A DNA stretch of 64,000 bases from an uncultured Candidatus Peribacteria bacterium (GTDB taxonomy: Bacteria > Patescibacteriota > Gracilibacteria > CAIRYL01 > GCA-016699755): the NCBI GenBank assembly GCA_964558715.1, contig CAZLFD010000004.1, positions 1,257-65,256 of the forward strand. Direction: 5' to 3'. The position numbers were made by a program, and so were the translations under genes. Shown here in pieces: positions 17,975 through 27,413 of this stretch. Each line of letters begins with the position of its first letter. The stretch's first letter is position 1. The notes beneath the pieces were generated by a model. The model saw only the letters and a list, made by a program, of their open reading frames with translations. It was not told the DNA's origin and ran no database searches.

Positions 17975-19252
17975 ATGAAGCATATTTCCACGACACTCGC
18001 GAGCGGATTACGCCTCGTCACTGTTCCTGTAATCGGCACAAAAGCCGTTACTGTTTTGGTTTTGGTCGGTGCCGGTAGTCGGTATGAGGTTGATCGTGAG
18101 CGCGGAATTGCCCATTTTTTAGAGCACATGTTTTTTAAGGGCGGTATCAAATTTGACACGCCACATAAGGTCGCTGAGACAATCGATAGTATCGGCGGTG
18201 ATTTTAATGCCTTTACTGGCAAAGAATACGCCGGCTACTACGTGAAGTGTGCCGGTGAGAAAAAATCAGTTGCCTTTGATGTGCTAAGCGACATGCTCCT
18301 GAATACCAAGTTATCACCCGAAGACATCGAGCGCGAAAAAGGTGTTATTCTTGAAGAGCTGAATATGTATCAAGACACCCCCATGTACCAGATCGGTTGG
18401 GATTATGAACACCTGATGTATGGCGATACTGCTATGGGGCGCGATCAAATCGGAATTCCCGAAACAATCCGCTCGTTTACTCAGCAAGATTTCACCCAGT
18501 ACAAGCACGATCTCTACACTGCTGATAATACTGTAATCATCGTCGCAGGAGATATTACTTCGGTAGAAGCCGAAGATTTAACAAAGCATTATTTTCGATT
18601 CCCAGATGGCAAGAAAAAGCGATCTTTTGAGCAGCACCAGTCATTTTCACTTGATCAGCAAGTGCAGATCCGCACGAAAAAAACCGAGCAAGCCCATCTT
18701 GTCATCGGTTTTCCTGGCTACGCATTTGGCCATCCTGACGAGATTACCAGTCGTTTGCTCGCGATTATACTGGGCGGCGGTATGAGCTCGCGCATGTTTA
18801 CCGAAATCCGGGAACAACGCGGCCTCTGTTATTCGATCTCGACCAGTACCGATAACTATAGTGATAGCGGAATCATCTCAACTCATGCTGGTGTCGACTT
18901 TTCTCGTTCCAAAGAAGCGGTGCGAGCGATAGCGGAAGAATATATCACGATGGCCAAAAACGGACCGACTAGTGAAGAAGTGACTAAAGCGAAAAATTAT
19001 TTGAAGGGGAAACTGACCCTGCGCTTAGAAGACAGCGAAGAGCTCGCGAGTTATTTTGGAGTACAGGCGATCCTGGTAAGTGAAACTCGCACGGTCGAAC
19101 AATTGTTCCAGAAAATCGATAATATCAGCCTGCAAGATATTGCTCGAGTAGCTGCAGAAAGCTTTCAAGAGCAATATTGCTACTTGGCTGCAATTGGAAA
19201 TTTTACAGAAAATGCTGACGCAGACTTCAAAGACCTCCTGAAAATATCATGA
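17975..19252 (+). CDS. M16-family zinc peptidase (insulinase-like)
   Basis: Inverted zinc motif HxxEH in 'GIAHFLEHMFFKG', downstream 'EE' glutamates, and a ~425-aa two-lobe layout. Confidence 0.8.
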   Translation: MKHISTTLASGLRLVTVPVIGTKAVTVLVLVGAGSRYEVDRERGIAHFLEHMFFKGGIKFDTPHKVAETIDSIGGDFNAFTGKEYAGYYVKCAGEKKSVAFDVLSDMLLNTKLSPEDIEREKGVILEELNMYQDTPMYQIGWDYEHLMYGDTAMGRDQIGIPETIRSFTQQDFTQYKHDLYTADNTVIIVAGDITSVEAEDLTKHYFRFPDGKKKRSFEQHQSFSLDQQVQIRTKKTEQAHLVIGFPGYAFGHPDEITSRLLAIILGGGMSSRMFTEIREQRGLCYSISTSTDNYSDSGIISTHAGVDFSRSKEAVRAIAEEYITMAKNGPTSEEVTKAKNYLKGKLTLRLEDSEELASYFGVQAILVSETRTVEQLFQKIDNISLQDIARVAAESFQEQYCYLAAIGNFTENADADFKDLLKIS

Positions 19253-19367
19253 TTATGAAATGTATTACTTTAAATGCAACAAAAAAGTGTTTGCCATTCT
19301 AATAATTTTTTCTGATAATTGCCTTTAGATTTGAAAGAAAGCACTGCGGAGCTCTTTTTCCATTTTT

Positions 19368-19685
19368 TTGTTTCTCATGATATCCACTTCGCGCGTTCAA
19401 GAACTTATCGAAGAAAACGATGTCGTCATCTTTGGAAAAGGAGAGAGAGACCATTCGAACTGTGAAATGACCAGTCGCTTGCAAGAGCTCTTTGAAGAGA
19501 TCTTTCCGGACTATGAAATGATAGATGTAGAAGACGACCCAGAAATGTCGAGCGAAATCCGCGCTCTCTCTGGCTGTTCAGTGTTTCCGCAGGTGTTTAT
19601 TTTTGGAGAATTCGCCGGTGATTACGATACTGTTTGCGAACTCGAGGAAGACGGCGAATTATATGATATGATCGGGCAAGACTAA
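19368..19685 (+). CDS. Monothiol-glutaredoxin-like protein with non-canonical active site
   Basis: Grx4-type layout '[21 protein letters not shown]...[35 protein letters not shown]...GEL', but the CGFS motif is replaced by 'CEMT'. Confidence 0.55.
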   Translation: MFLMISTSRVQELIEENDVVIFGKGERDHSNCEMTSRLQELFEEIFPDYEMIDVEDDPEMSSEIRALSGCSVFPQVFIFGEFAGDYDTVCELEEDGELYDMIGQD

Positions 19686-19695
19686 TCCCCATTTC

Positions 19696-20595
19696 ATGCA
19701 GACATATCTCGACCTGGCGCGTACTATCCTTAAAACTGGAGTCGATAAACAAGACCGTACCGGAACAGGGACACGCTCGCTTTTTGGTGCGCAGATGCGT
19801 TTCAATCTGCAAAAAGGTTTTCCCCTGCTTACGACCAAAAAGGTTTTTTTGCGCGGTATCATCCACGAGCTTCTATGGTTTTTGACCGGCAATACAAATA
19901 TCCGCCCGTTGGTACTTGAAAACGTGAAGATATGGAACGAATGGCCGTACGAGAATTATAAGGCGAGTGATTCATTTGCCGGCGAATCGCTGAATGAGTT
20001 CATCGAGAAAATCCGAGGTGATGAAGAATTTGCCGAAAAATGGGGTGACCTTGGCCCGGTCTACGGCAAACAGTGGATTCGCTGGGAGAGCAAGAATGGC
20101 GAACAAATTAATCAGATCGCCAGTGTGATCGAAGAGATCAAAGCGAATCCCGATTCTCGCCGCATGATCGTGAGTGGATGGAATGTAGCGGATATCCAAG
20201 AACTCGTTAAAGGAACGCGTTCTGCACCGCCGCTCTGCCACACGATGTTTCAATTCAACGTGGTCAATGGCAAGCTTCATTGCCAACTCTATCAGCGCAG
20301 CGCAGACTTTTTTCTCGGTGTTCCATTTAACATCGCCTCGTACTCACTCCTTACTATGATGATCGCGCAGGTGACCGATTTGGAGCCGGGTGATTTTGTG
20401 CACACCTTTGGTGATGTGCATATCTATAATACCCATTTCGATCAGATGCACGAGCAGCTCTCACGCGAACCACGACCGTTACCGCAGATGAAACTCAATC
20501 CTGCGCGAAAGTCAGTATTCGATTTTGTTTATGAAGATTTTGAACTTATCGGTTACGAGCCGCATCCCCCGATTGTAGCACCGATTGCCGTGTAA
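19696..20595 (+). CDS. thyA: Thymidylate synthase (ThyA type)
   Basis: '[12 protein letters not shown]', 'PPCH' context '[12 protein letters not shown]', '[18 protein letters not shown]'. Confidence 0.95.
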   Translation: MQTYLDLARTILKTGVDKQDRTGTGTRSLFGAQMRFNLQKGFPLLTTKKVFLRGIIHELLWFLTGNTNIRPLVLENVKIWNEWPYENYKASDSFAGESLNEFIEKIRGDEEFAEKWGDLGPVYGKQWIRWESKNGEQINQIASVIEEIKANPDSRRMIVSGWNVADIQELVKGTRSAPPLCHTMFQFNVVNGKLHCQLYQRSADFFLGVPFNIASYSLLTMMIAQVTDLEPGDFVHTFGDVHIYNTHFDQMHEQLSREPRPLPQMKLNPARKSVFDFVYEDFELIGYEPHPPIVAPIAV

Positions 20596-20655
20596 TCTTT
20601 GGTACACCAAAGAATTGTATTTGTTGCGTAATTTTTGTAAATAATAGGTGCTATT

Positions 20656-21153
20656 TTGAAAACCGACCTGATTTTAATGGCCGCTATCGGCGCAAACCGA
20701 GAAATCGGCAAAGAAAATCAGCTCATCTGGTCATTGCCTGCTGATCTACAGCACTTCCGTAAAACAACCGAGGGGAAGCCAGTGATCATGGGGCGCAAGA
20801 CATTTGAATCGATCGGACGACTTCTGCCCAACCGCAAAAACATCATCCTCAGTAAAAACCCAGACTATCGGATTTTGGGTGCCGAAGTCGTCAATTCATT
20901 TGAAACAGCGGTGCATTTGGCACGCAATTTTAGCCGCGAAGTGTTTGTGATCGGTGGTGCTAAGATTTATGAATTGGCGCTTCCCTTTGCTTCACAGATG
21001 ATCCTTACTCATGTTAAGGGTGTATTTCCGGGGGCTGATGCGTATTTTCCGGAAATCGATGAGGAGAAATGGAACATCATCGAGAGAGAGCATTATCCAT
21101 CTGACTCAGAGAATAGCTACGCGTTTGATATCGTCAAATACGAACGAGCGTAA
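20656..21153 (+). CDS. folA: Dihydrofolate reductase
   Basis: 'LILMAAIGANREIGKENQLIWSLPADLQHFRKTTEGKPVIMGRKTFESIG', 'VIGGAKIYE'. TTG start. Immediately downstream of thyA. Confidence 0.9.
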   Translation: MKTDLILMAAIGANREIGKENQLIWSLPADLQHFRKTTEGKPVIMGRKTFESIGRLLPNRKNIILSKNPDYRILGAEVVNSFETAVHLARNFSREVFVIGGAKIYELALPFASQMILTHVKGVFPGADAYFPEIDEEKWNIIEREHYPSDSENSYAFDIVKYERA

Positions 21154-21155
21154 TT

Positions 21156-23012
21156 CTACTTTTTCGGGTACAAGAGGTTAAAGCCTTTCGCAAAAGCATG
21201 CAGCGAAGCCACAATAATGTCGGGGCTACTGGCTTTGGCGCTCACCTTATTGCCGTCTGCATCACTCATTTCCATCTTTACTTTTACCAAAGCGTTTTCG
21301 CGACTGCTGGAAACATCTACGCTAAAGTCTTCTAGCATGGGCCAGAAGGCCGTCTGTTGGCTTACGGCAATCTGTAGTGCTTTAATAAGGGCATCTACTG
21401 GCCCCACACCATCGGCTTCAGCGGTCAATGGTGTACCGGCGAACTCGATGCTGATGCTGCCGTGTGGAGTACGACTGATGCCCCCGACGGACTCAAAATC
21501 CACAATCTGCATCGGATCATGAGGGATGGTGGTGTCTTCGATTGCTTCTTGCAAAATACTGAAGAGATCTCCGGTGCGAATCTCTTTGCCGCGCTTGATA
21601 AAGTTCTCCACTTCTAACGCGACGCCTTTCACAATCAGTTCTGCAGCATCGTACTTAAACTCATCTTTGAGTACAGTATGTAATTGCTGCTCTGTCGGCA
21701 TCGTTTCAAAAACAACCGTTTCTTTGCTGCTATCACTCGCTTCGATACTGATCGATCCTGATGTGAGTAGTCGTTCGATTTCTTCGATATTCGGGTCAAC
21801 CGAAGGCGGATCAGAGAAGCTGGCAATCGCGGCTTTGGGGTCTTTGAGTCCTGTTCCGGTCGCGACACAGACGATGGTGTCATCTGACGAAATCACCTGG
21901 CGCTCCAATAATCCCTCGAGCACAGCAATAGGAATCGCCCCTGATGGTTCGGTAAAGATCGATTCTTCTTTTGAAAGCAGTTTTTGCGCCGCCAGTATCT
22001 GTGTGTCATTCACTATGGCAGTATCACCTTTCGAATCGCGCAAGGCTCTAAGGGCCTTGATGTCGTCTTGTGGAACACCGATACCCACGGCGCTGGCGAT
22101 GGTCTGCGGCTTTTCTACTTTCGTAAAGCGTTTTGCTCCTGTCTTAAACGCAGTACATACTGTATCAGAACCGGTCGGCTGCACGCCGATCATACTTGGC
22201 AGGCGATCGATGAGTCCTAGTTCGTGAAATTCCACAAAACCTTTCCAGACTCCAGAGATATTGGTGCCGCACCCGATCGGCACAATCACGACATCTGGCA
22301 CCTTCCAGTGCAACTGTTCGATGATCTCATACGCGGTGGATTTAGCTCCTTCCGCTCGGAACGCGTAGTCCCCACCAAGATAATAGTTATTCCGTTTTGC
22401 CATTTCTTCGGCGAGCACAACACAATCGGCATATGTGCCACGCACCTGAATCAGCTGCCCGCCATAGCTGAGCGTCTGCGAGAGTTTTCCAATAGGCGTA
22501 CCCTCGGGCACAAGAATATAGCAGGGGAGACCGGCTTGGCTCGAATAGGCCGCAACCGAGGCGGCCATGTTCCCGGTGCTTGCTACACAAACCCCGTTGG
22601 CCCCCATTTCAAGTGCTTTCGTGATTTCGACTAAACTACCGCGGTCTTTAAACACTCCGGTCGGATTCGCCCCTTCGTTTTTCACATACAAATGCTTGAG
22701 CCCCAGTTTGGCGCCAATCTTTTTCACGGCATATAGTGGTGTATCGCCTTCACGCAGACTGATGACTTTTGAACGGTCGGCGATCGGGTAAAAATCCAAA
22801 TACTTTGCGGTCGAAAGAGGAGCATGCTCTAACAAAAACCGATTTAGGCGTGTGCCGATAAGCTCTAAATCCATTCCTACTTCCAGGGCATTATTACAGT
22901 CCAAGCAGGTGGTGCAGGTTTCTTGCTCATCCCATTCTTTGCCGCAGGCAACACATGTAATCGTGTAATATCGATCGTTCGTGCTCATCTCAAAAAAGAC
23001 AGTACGCCCCAT
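21156..23012 (-). CDS. thrC: Threonine synthase fused to a C-terminal LeuA-type (LeuA_dimer-like) allosteric domain
   Basis: N-terminal Cys4 ribbon ('CVACG...CTTCLDC'). PLP-lysine motif 'NEGANPTGVFKDRG' and 'ASTGNMAAS'. The C-terminal ~115 aa ('GVGPVDALIKALQ...LEDFSVDVSSSRENALVKVKMEM...SSPDIIVASLHAFAKGFN') match the regulatory domain of 2-isopropylmalate/citramalate synthases. Confidence 0.75.
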   Translation of the reverse strand: MGRTVFFEMSTNDRYYTITCVACGKEWDEQETCTTCLDCNNALEVGMDLELIGTRLNRFLLEHAPLSTAKYLDFYPIADRSKVISLREGDTPLYAVKKIGAKLGLKHLYVKNEGANPTGVFKDRGSLVEITKALEMGANGVCVASTGNMAASVAAYSSQAGLPCYILVPEGTPIGKLSQTLSYGGQLIQVRGTYADCVVLAEEMAKRNNYYLGGDYAFRAEGAKSTAYEIIEQLHWKVPDVVIVPIGCGTNISGVWKGFVEFHELGLIDRLPSMIGVQPTGSDTVCTAFKTGAKRFTKVEKPQTIASAVGIGVPQDDIKALRALRDSKGDTAIVNDTQILAAQKLLSKEESIFTEPSGAIPIAVLEGLLERQVISSDDTIVCVATGTGLKDPKAAIASFSDPPSVDPNIEEIERLLTSGSISIEASDSSKETVVFETMPTEQQLHTVLKDEFKYDAAELIVKGVALEVENFIKRGKEIRTGDLFSILQEAIEDTTIPHDPMQIVDFESVGGISRTPHGSISIEFAGTPLTAEADGVGPVDALIKALQIAVSQQTAFWPMLEDFSVDVSSSRENALVKVKMEMSDADGNKVSAKASSPDIIVASLHAFAKGFNLLYPKK

Positions 23013-23079
23013 TGTGGCAAAATCGCACAGAAAAGCAAGGGCGAGGTTGCTCTTTTAGCCGAAATACGCGATACTGAAT

Positions 23080-23406
23080 ATGATGAGATGCGTTCTGCTT
23101 CTGTGGGCACTTTTCGCCGCACTGGTACTGCCTCAGCCATTGGTTTTGGCACAAGAGTTATCCGATGGTACGATCAGTATCGAAATCGCTGCCGAAGAAG
23201 AAAGCGCAGGAGCCTCCGCCAGTGCGACAAACGCAGCTCCGGTAAGCGTTCCCCAGTCGTGGAATATGGCATTATGGGCATTTGTCGTCGCTGTGTTGAT
23301 TATATCATTTGCGGCAAGAGGGTCTTCTGAAAAATCACCGTCGAATCAAAACAAGCTTTCAGGACATGTTACGATGGATTTGGATAAAACATCAGATCAA
23401 AAATGA
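23080..23406 (+). CDS. Small secreted/membrane protein (hypothetical)
   Basis: Signal-like N-terminus 'MMRCVLLLWALFAALVLPQPLVLA' and a second TM 'LWAFVVAVLIISFAA'. ATGA overlap with the pyrB start. Confidence 0.4.
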   Translation: MMRCVLLLWALFAALVLPQPLVLAQELSDGTISIEIAAEEESAGASASATNAAPVSVPQSWNMALWAFVVAVLIISFAARGSSEKSPSNQNKLSGHVTMDLDKTSDQK

Positions 23407-24380
23407 ATAAAGCGATAACCGATCGGCTAAAAAAAATACGGGGCAAGCGGTGTTTGTCCGTTCACGACTTGACATCCGTCGATAATCTCACCGTTGCCGA
23501 TTGTGAACTTATTTTTGAATTGGCACGTGAGTTTAAGAAATTAGGAACAGAAAAACTCGATCTACTCAAAGGCAAGTCTATCGCTCTCGCTTTTTTTGAA
23601 AGCAGTACCCGCACACAGAGCAGTTTTGATTGGGCGGCCAAGCAGTTGGGTGCAGATACAGTAGGGGTGGGCAGCGGTACAGCAGAAAAGAAAAAGGAAT
23701 CCTATATCGATATCGCGCAAGTAATCGACGCTATGAATGCAGCAGCAGTCGTTATCCGCACAGAGTATTCGGGCCTGCCCGCACAAATCAGTAAATATAC
23801 TAACGCCGCGATCATCAATGCAGGCGATGGTTGGCACGAACATCCGACTCAGGGCTTACTTGAGGCCATGACCGCGCTGGATGAATTTGGATCGCTAAAG
23901 GGAAAAGTCATCACGTTTGTGGGAGACATTCTCCATTCGCGTGTGTTCGGTTCTGCAGCCCGGATCTTCAAGAAACTAGGAGCTACGGTGCGCGTGGCAG
24001 CGCCACTGACGTTTATTCCGGAGAATGCCGAAAAAGTCTTTGGTGTAACAATCTATACCGATATTGAAGTGGCACTGAAAGGCGCGGATATTGTCGATGT
24101 CATCCGGGTACAAAACGAACGTGGCGCCACTGGCGAAATCTCTACCATCCGCGAATATTCCAAGGCCTACGGCATTTCAAAAGACCGTCTTAAGCTGGCG
24201 AAGCCGGGCGCCTTACTAATGCATGCTGGTCCTGTACAGCGCGATACCGACATCCACCATGCCCTGATGACGATTCCTGGATCTCGTATCCTCGCCATGG
24301 TCGAAAACGGCCTCGCTATTCGTAAGGCGCTTTTGTGGCTGCTGTGCACCGGAGAGCAAAAACCTTTCACACATATCTAA
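23403..24380 (+). CDS. pyrB: Aspartate carbamoyltransferase catalytic subunit
   Basis: 'FFESSTRTQSSF', 'HPTQGLLE', 'GDILHSRV', 'HAGP'. Confidence 0.9.
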   Translation: MNKAITDRLKKIRGKRCLSVHDLTSVDNLTVADCELIFELAREFKKLGTEKLDLLKGKSIALAFFESSTRTQSSFDWAAKQLGADTVGVGSGTAEKKKESYIDIAQVIDAMNAAAVVIRTEYSGLPAQISKYTNAAIINAGDGWHEHPTQGLLEAMTALDEFGSLKGKVITFVGDILHSRVFGSAARIFKKLGATVRVAAPLTFIPENAEKVFGVTIYTDIEVALKGADIVDVIRVQNERGATGEISTIREYSKAYGISKDRLKLAKPGALLMHAGPVQRDTDIHHALMTIPGSRILAMVENGLAIRKALLWLLCTGEQKPFTHI

Positions 24381-25679
24381 ATGTCAGAGCAGATCCTCAT
24401 TGCCGGCGGTAGAGTGGTCGACCCCGCGAGTAAGCGCGATGGTATATTTGATATGCTTATTCAGGACGGGAAGATAAAGCAAATCGGGAAGATAAAGGCT
24501 GAAGCGAACATGACCGTGATCGATGCAAAGAATAAAGTCGTCTGCCCAGGGTTGATTGATTTGCAGGTACACCTGCGCGAACCGGGGCGCGAAGACACGG
24601 AAACAATCGAGACTGGGTTAAAGGCGGCAATCGCGGGAGGGGTTACATCTGTCGTTTCGATGCCAAACTTGAACCCAGTGGCAGATAACCAGGCGATCAT
24701 CGAATTCCAAATAAAACGCGCCAAAGAACTCGGCTTGGCGAACCTCTACCCCACGGCAGCTACGACCGTAGAACAAAAAGGCGAACGCCTTACGGAAGTG
24801 CGCGAGGTAAAACTGGCAGGGGCAGTAGCGATTACCGATGATGGCGCCGATGTGCAAAGCGCGGGTCTGCTCGAAAAAGCAATGAAATGGGCAAAAACCT
24901 TTGATATGCCGGTATTCTCGCATTGCGAAGAAGAGTCGCTTCACAACCATGGATTGATGCACGAAGGGGAGTGGAGTACGCGGCTTGGCTTACCGGGTGT
25001 TTCGGCAGAAGTCGAAGATTATGGTGTGTTCCGCAGTTTGCTATTGGCAGAACGATCTGGCGCTAAATTTCATGCCTTACATTGCTCGACCGCAAAAGGT
25101 TTGGCGATGATCGCAGCCGCAAAAAAGCGTAACAAAAACGTCACATCTGAAACCTGCCCTCAGTATTTTGCCCTAACCGATGCGGTATGCGCAGGCTACA
25201 ACACGATGGCGAAGATGTATCCGCCGATCCGCAGTGAAGAGCACCGAGAGGCGGTCATCAAGCATTTGAAAGATGGCACGATCGACTGCATCTCGACCGA
25301 CCACGCACCACACCTGCTTTCAGAAAAATTGAAACCTTTTGCTGAAGCGGCCTTTGGTAGTGTCGGAATCGAGACTTCACTAGCGCTTGGGCTCACGCAT
25401 CTGGTGAACACGAAACATCTCACGCTTTCGCAACTGATCGAAAAGATGACGATCAACCCGGCTAAAGTGATTGGTGTGGAGTGCGGCACTTTAAAAATAG
25501 GTGCAGTCGCAGACGTGACGATCTTTGACCCCAAGCAAAGCTGGATAATCGATCCGGATGAATTTTACAGTAAAGGCAAGAACTGCGTGTTTAGCGGCAT
25601 GAAAGTACAAGGAAGAGTTACAGATGTAGTGGTCGGCGGAAGATTGATTTTTCGGCAGCAGCAATTTGTCTCAGCCTAA
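24381..25679 (+). CDS. pyrC: Dihydroorotase
   Basis: 'PGLIDLQVHLREPG', 'ITDDG', 'HCST', 'STDHAPH'. Starts directly after the pyrB stop codon, with no intervening nucleotides. Confidence 0.9.
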   Translation: MSEQILIAGGRVVDPASKRDGIFDMLIQDGKIKQIGKIKAEANMTVIDAKNKVVCPGLIDLQVHLREPGREDTETIETGLKAAIAGGVTSVVSMPNLNPVADNQAIIEFQIKRAKELGLANLYPTAATTVEQKGERLTEVREVKLAGAVAITDDGADVQSAGLLEKAMKWAKTFDMPVFSHCEEESLHNHGLMHEGEWSTRLGLPGVSAEVEDYGVFRSLLLAERSGAKFHALHCSTAKGLAMIAAAKKRNKNVTSETCPQYFALTDAVCAGYNTMAKMYPPIRSEEHREAVIKHLKDGTIDCISTDHAPHLLSEKLKPFAEAAFGSVGIETSLALGLTHLVNTKHLTLSQLIEKMTINPAKVIGVECGTLKIGAVADVTIFDPKQSWIIDPDEFYSKGKNCVFSGMKVQGRVTDVVVGGRLIFRQQQFVSA

Positions 25680-25681
25680 GT

Positions 25682-26458
25682 ATGGATATTTCTGAAACTC
25701 TCGGAATCTCGGAGCGGGATTTTGGCATTTACCGCCTGCTCAATGCGTATGGCGCCATGCCCGCGAGCACAATTGCGGCTCGCCTCAAAATGAACCGCAC
25801 AACCGTATTTTCTGCATTACGCCGCCTGGTAGAGCGCGGCTTGGTTTGCGAAATACCCAAAAAAGGCGTGACCTGGTTTGCAGCGACTGATGCCGAGCAG
25901 ATCCATCGCCAGGGCAAAGAGCAGCTGCAGAAAGAAACCGATCGGGTCCAGAGTTTGCATAAAGTCGTCGAGTTGCTCAACACTGAAAAAGGTACCGGCA
26001 CAAATCGACCAAGTGTTACATTTTACGAAGGTGAAGATGGTATTGTCTCGCTATTTGCCCAATCACTTACGCTCAGCAAAGAGCAATGCGCATTTCTTAC
26101 GCTCGAGCAGATGCCAGCGAAGATCCTGGCCTACTTGCAACAAGAGTACATCGAAGAAAAACTCAATCAAGATGTCCACTCTCGTGTGCTGATTCCCGAT
26201 AGTCCGCGCGCACGCAAGTACCGCAAGCTCGATAAAGACGGGAATCGCGAAACTCGCCTAGTGCCCTCATCAGCCGAATTTCAAACGGAATACATCATCG
26301 CCGAAGACCATGTGGCTTTGGTCGATTTTCACCCACCGTGCATTGGCGTGCTTATCGAAAGCCCGCATATTGCTAAGACGATGCGCTCGGTGTTCGAGTT
26401 GGTGTGGAAGGGCGGAAAGCGGAAAATAGTCGCTCATCTAGATGCTTTGCTAATATGA
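25682..26458 (+). CDS. TrmB-family winged-helix transcriptional regulator
   Basis: N-terminus 'YRLLNAYGAMPASTIAARLKMNRTTVFSALRRLVERGLV', then a coiled-coil and a C-terminal domain as in TrmB-like regulators. Follows pyrC by 2 nt. Confidence 0.6.
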   Translation: MDISETLGISERDFGIYRLLNAYGAMPASTIAARLKMNRTTVFSALRRLVERGLVCEIPKKGVTWFAATDAEQIHRQGKEQLQKETDRVQSLHKVVELLNTEKGTGTNRPSVTFYEGEDGIVSLFAQSLTLSKEQCAFLTLEQMPAKILAYLQQEYIEEKLNQDVHSRVLIPDSPRARKYRKLDKDGNRETRLVPSSAEFQTEYIIAEDHVALVDFHPPCIGVLIESPHIAKTMRSVFELVWKGGKRKIVAHLDALLI

Positions 26459-26478
26459 CGCAAATGGGGTGAGCTTTC

Positions 26479-27297
26479 TTAAATCCAAATATTTTGACCG
26501 TGTTCCGAGAATAAATCGCTAGGGCATGTTTTGATATCTCCCGCATCGATTTCAGCGACAGGCAAACACCCAAACAGTGAATTAGTAATCAGTACTTCAT
26601 CTGCTCGCTGCAGATCAGCTACCATAAAATCTTGCTCTACATATTCGTAACCACTTGCCTGCACTTTGGCGACGAGCATTTTTTGCGCTGTGCCTGGCAG
26701 TACTTTTTCTGACTTTGCACCGATTAATTGATTTTCTCTCCGCATGACGATGTTAAAAACCGTACCTTCGGTCACGATTCCGTTTGTATCGGTAAAGATC
26801 GCATCAAAAGCACCGGCTTTTTCTGCTGCTTGTTTGCCAAGAATCATGGGGAGTAGGGAACTCGATTTTACTTCGGGCAATATCCTTTCCATCTCTCGTG
26901 AAATGAGTTTTACGCCACTGTGGTGCTTAGAGTAATCCGCCAATGGTGAGGCAGTAATAACCAGGATAGGATTTTTTGCTCCACTAAATTGATAGTCGTT
27001 TTCACCACGGGTTACGCTGATGCGCACGCGCGATTCCTTGAATCCATTTTTTTCTACCACTTCTTCTGCCCAGCTTTTCAACACTGCATCATGCCACGGA
27101 ATTGGCAATTGCATTAAATTCGCAGATTTTCTGAGTCGCGCTAAATGTGAATCGATATCAAAGACTTCGCTTCCGCCGATCGTGCGCATGGTTTCGTAAA
27201 TGCCATCGCCATATAAAAACCCATGGTCAAAAGGGGAGATGCGAGCATCTACTGTCGGGATGATTTTGCCATTCAAGCAGACGAATTTCATACTCAA
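26479..27297 (-). CDS. Class IV (fold type IV) PLP aminotransferase: ADC lyase / BCAT / D-Ala aminotransferase family
   Basis: 'DHGFLYGDGIYETMR', 'HLARLRKSA', 'EVKSSSLLPMILGKQAAEKAGAFDAIF', 'VTEGTVFN'. The 272-aa length fits PabC-like enzymes. Confidence 0.7.
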   Translation of the reverse strand: MSMKFVCLNGKIIPTVDARISPFDHGFLYGDGIYETMRTIGGSEVFDIDSHLARLRKSANLMQLPIPWHDAVLKSWAEEVVEKNGFKESRVRISVTRGENDYQFSGAKNPILVITASPLADYSKHHSGVKLISREMERILPEVKSSSLLPMILGKQAAEKAGAFDAIFTDTNGIVTEGTVFNIVMRRENQLIGAKSEKVLPGTAQKMLVAKVQASGYEYVEQDFMVADLQRADEVLITNSLFGCLPVAEIDAGDIKTCPSDLFSEHGQNIWI

Positions 27298-27413
27298 AAA
27301 TCATGTATTGTAGCCGTATGATTGTACTCGGATTTCGTTTTTGTAGCAAAAACGGAAACTCAAGGAGAAGTTTCCATTGTTCGCTGCGCCATGCTCCGGC
27401 ATAATAAGTTGCG

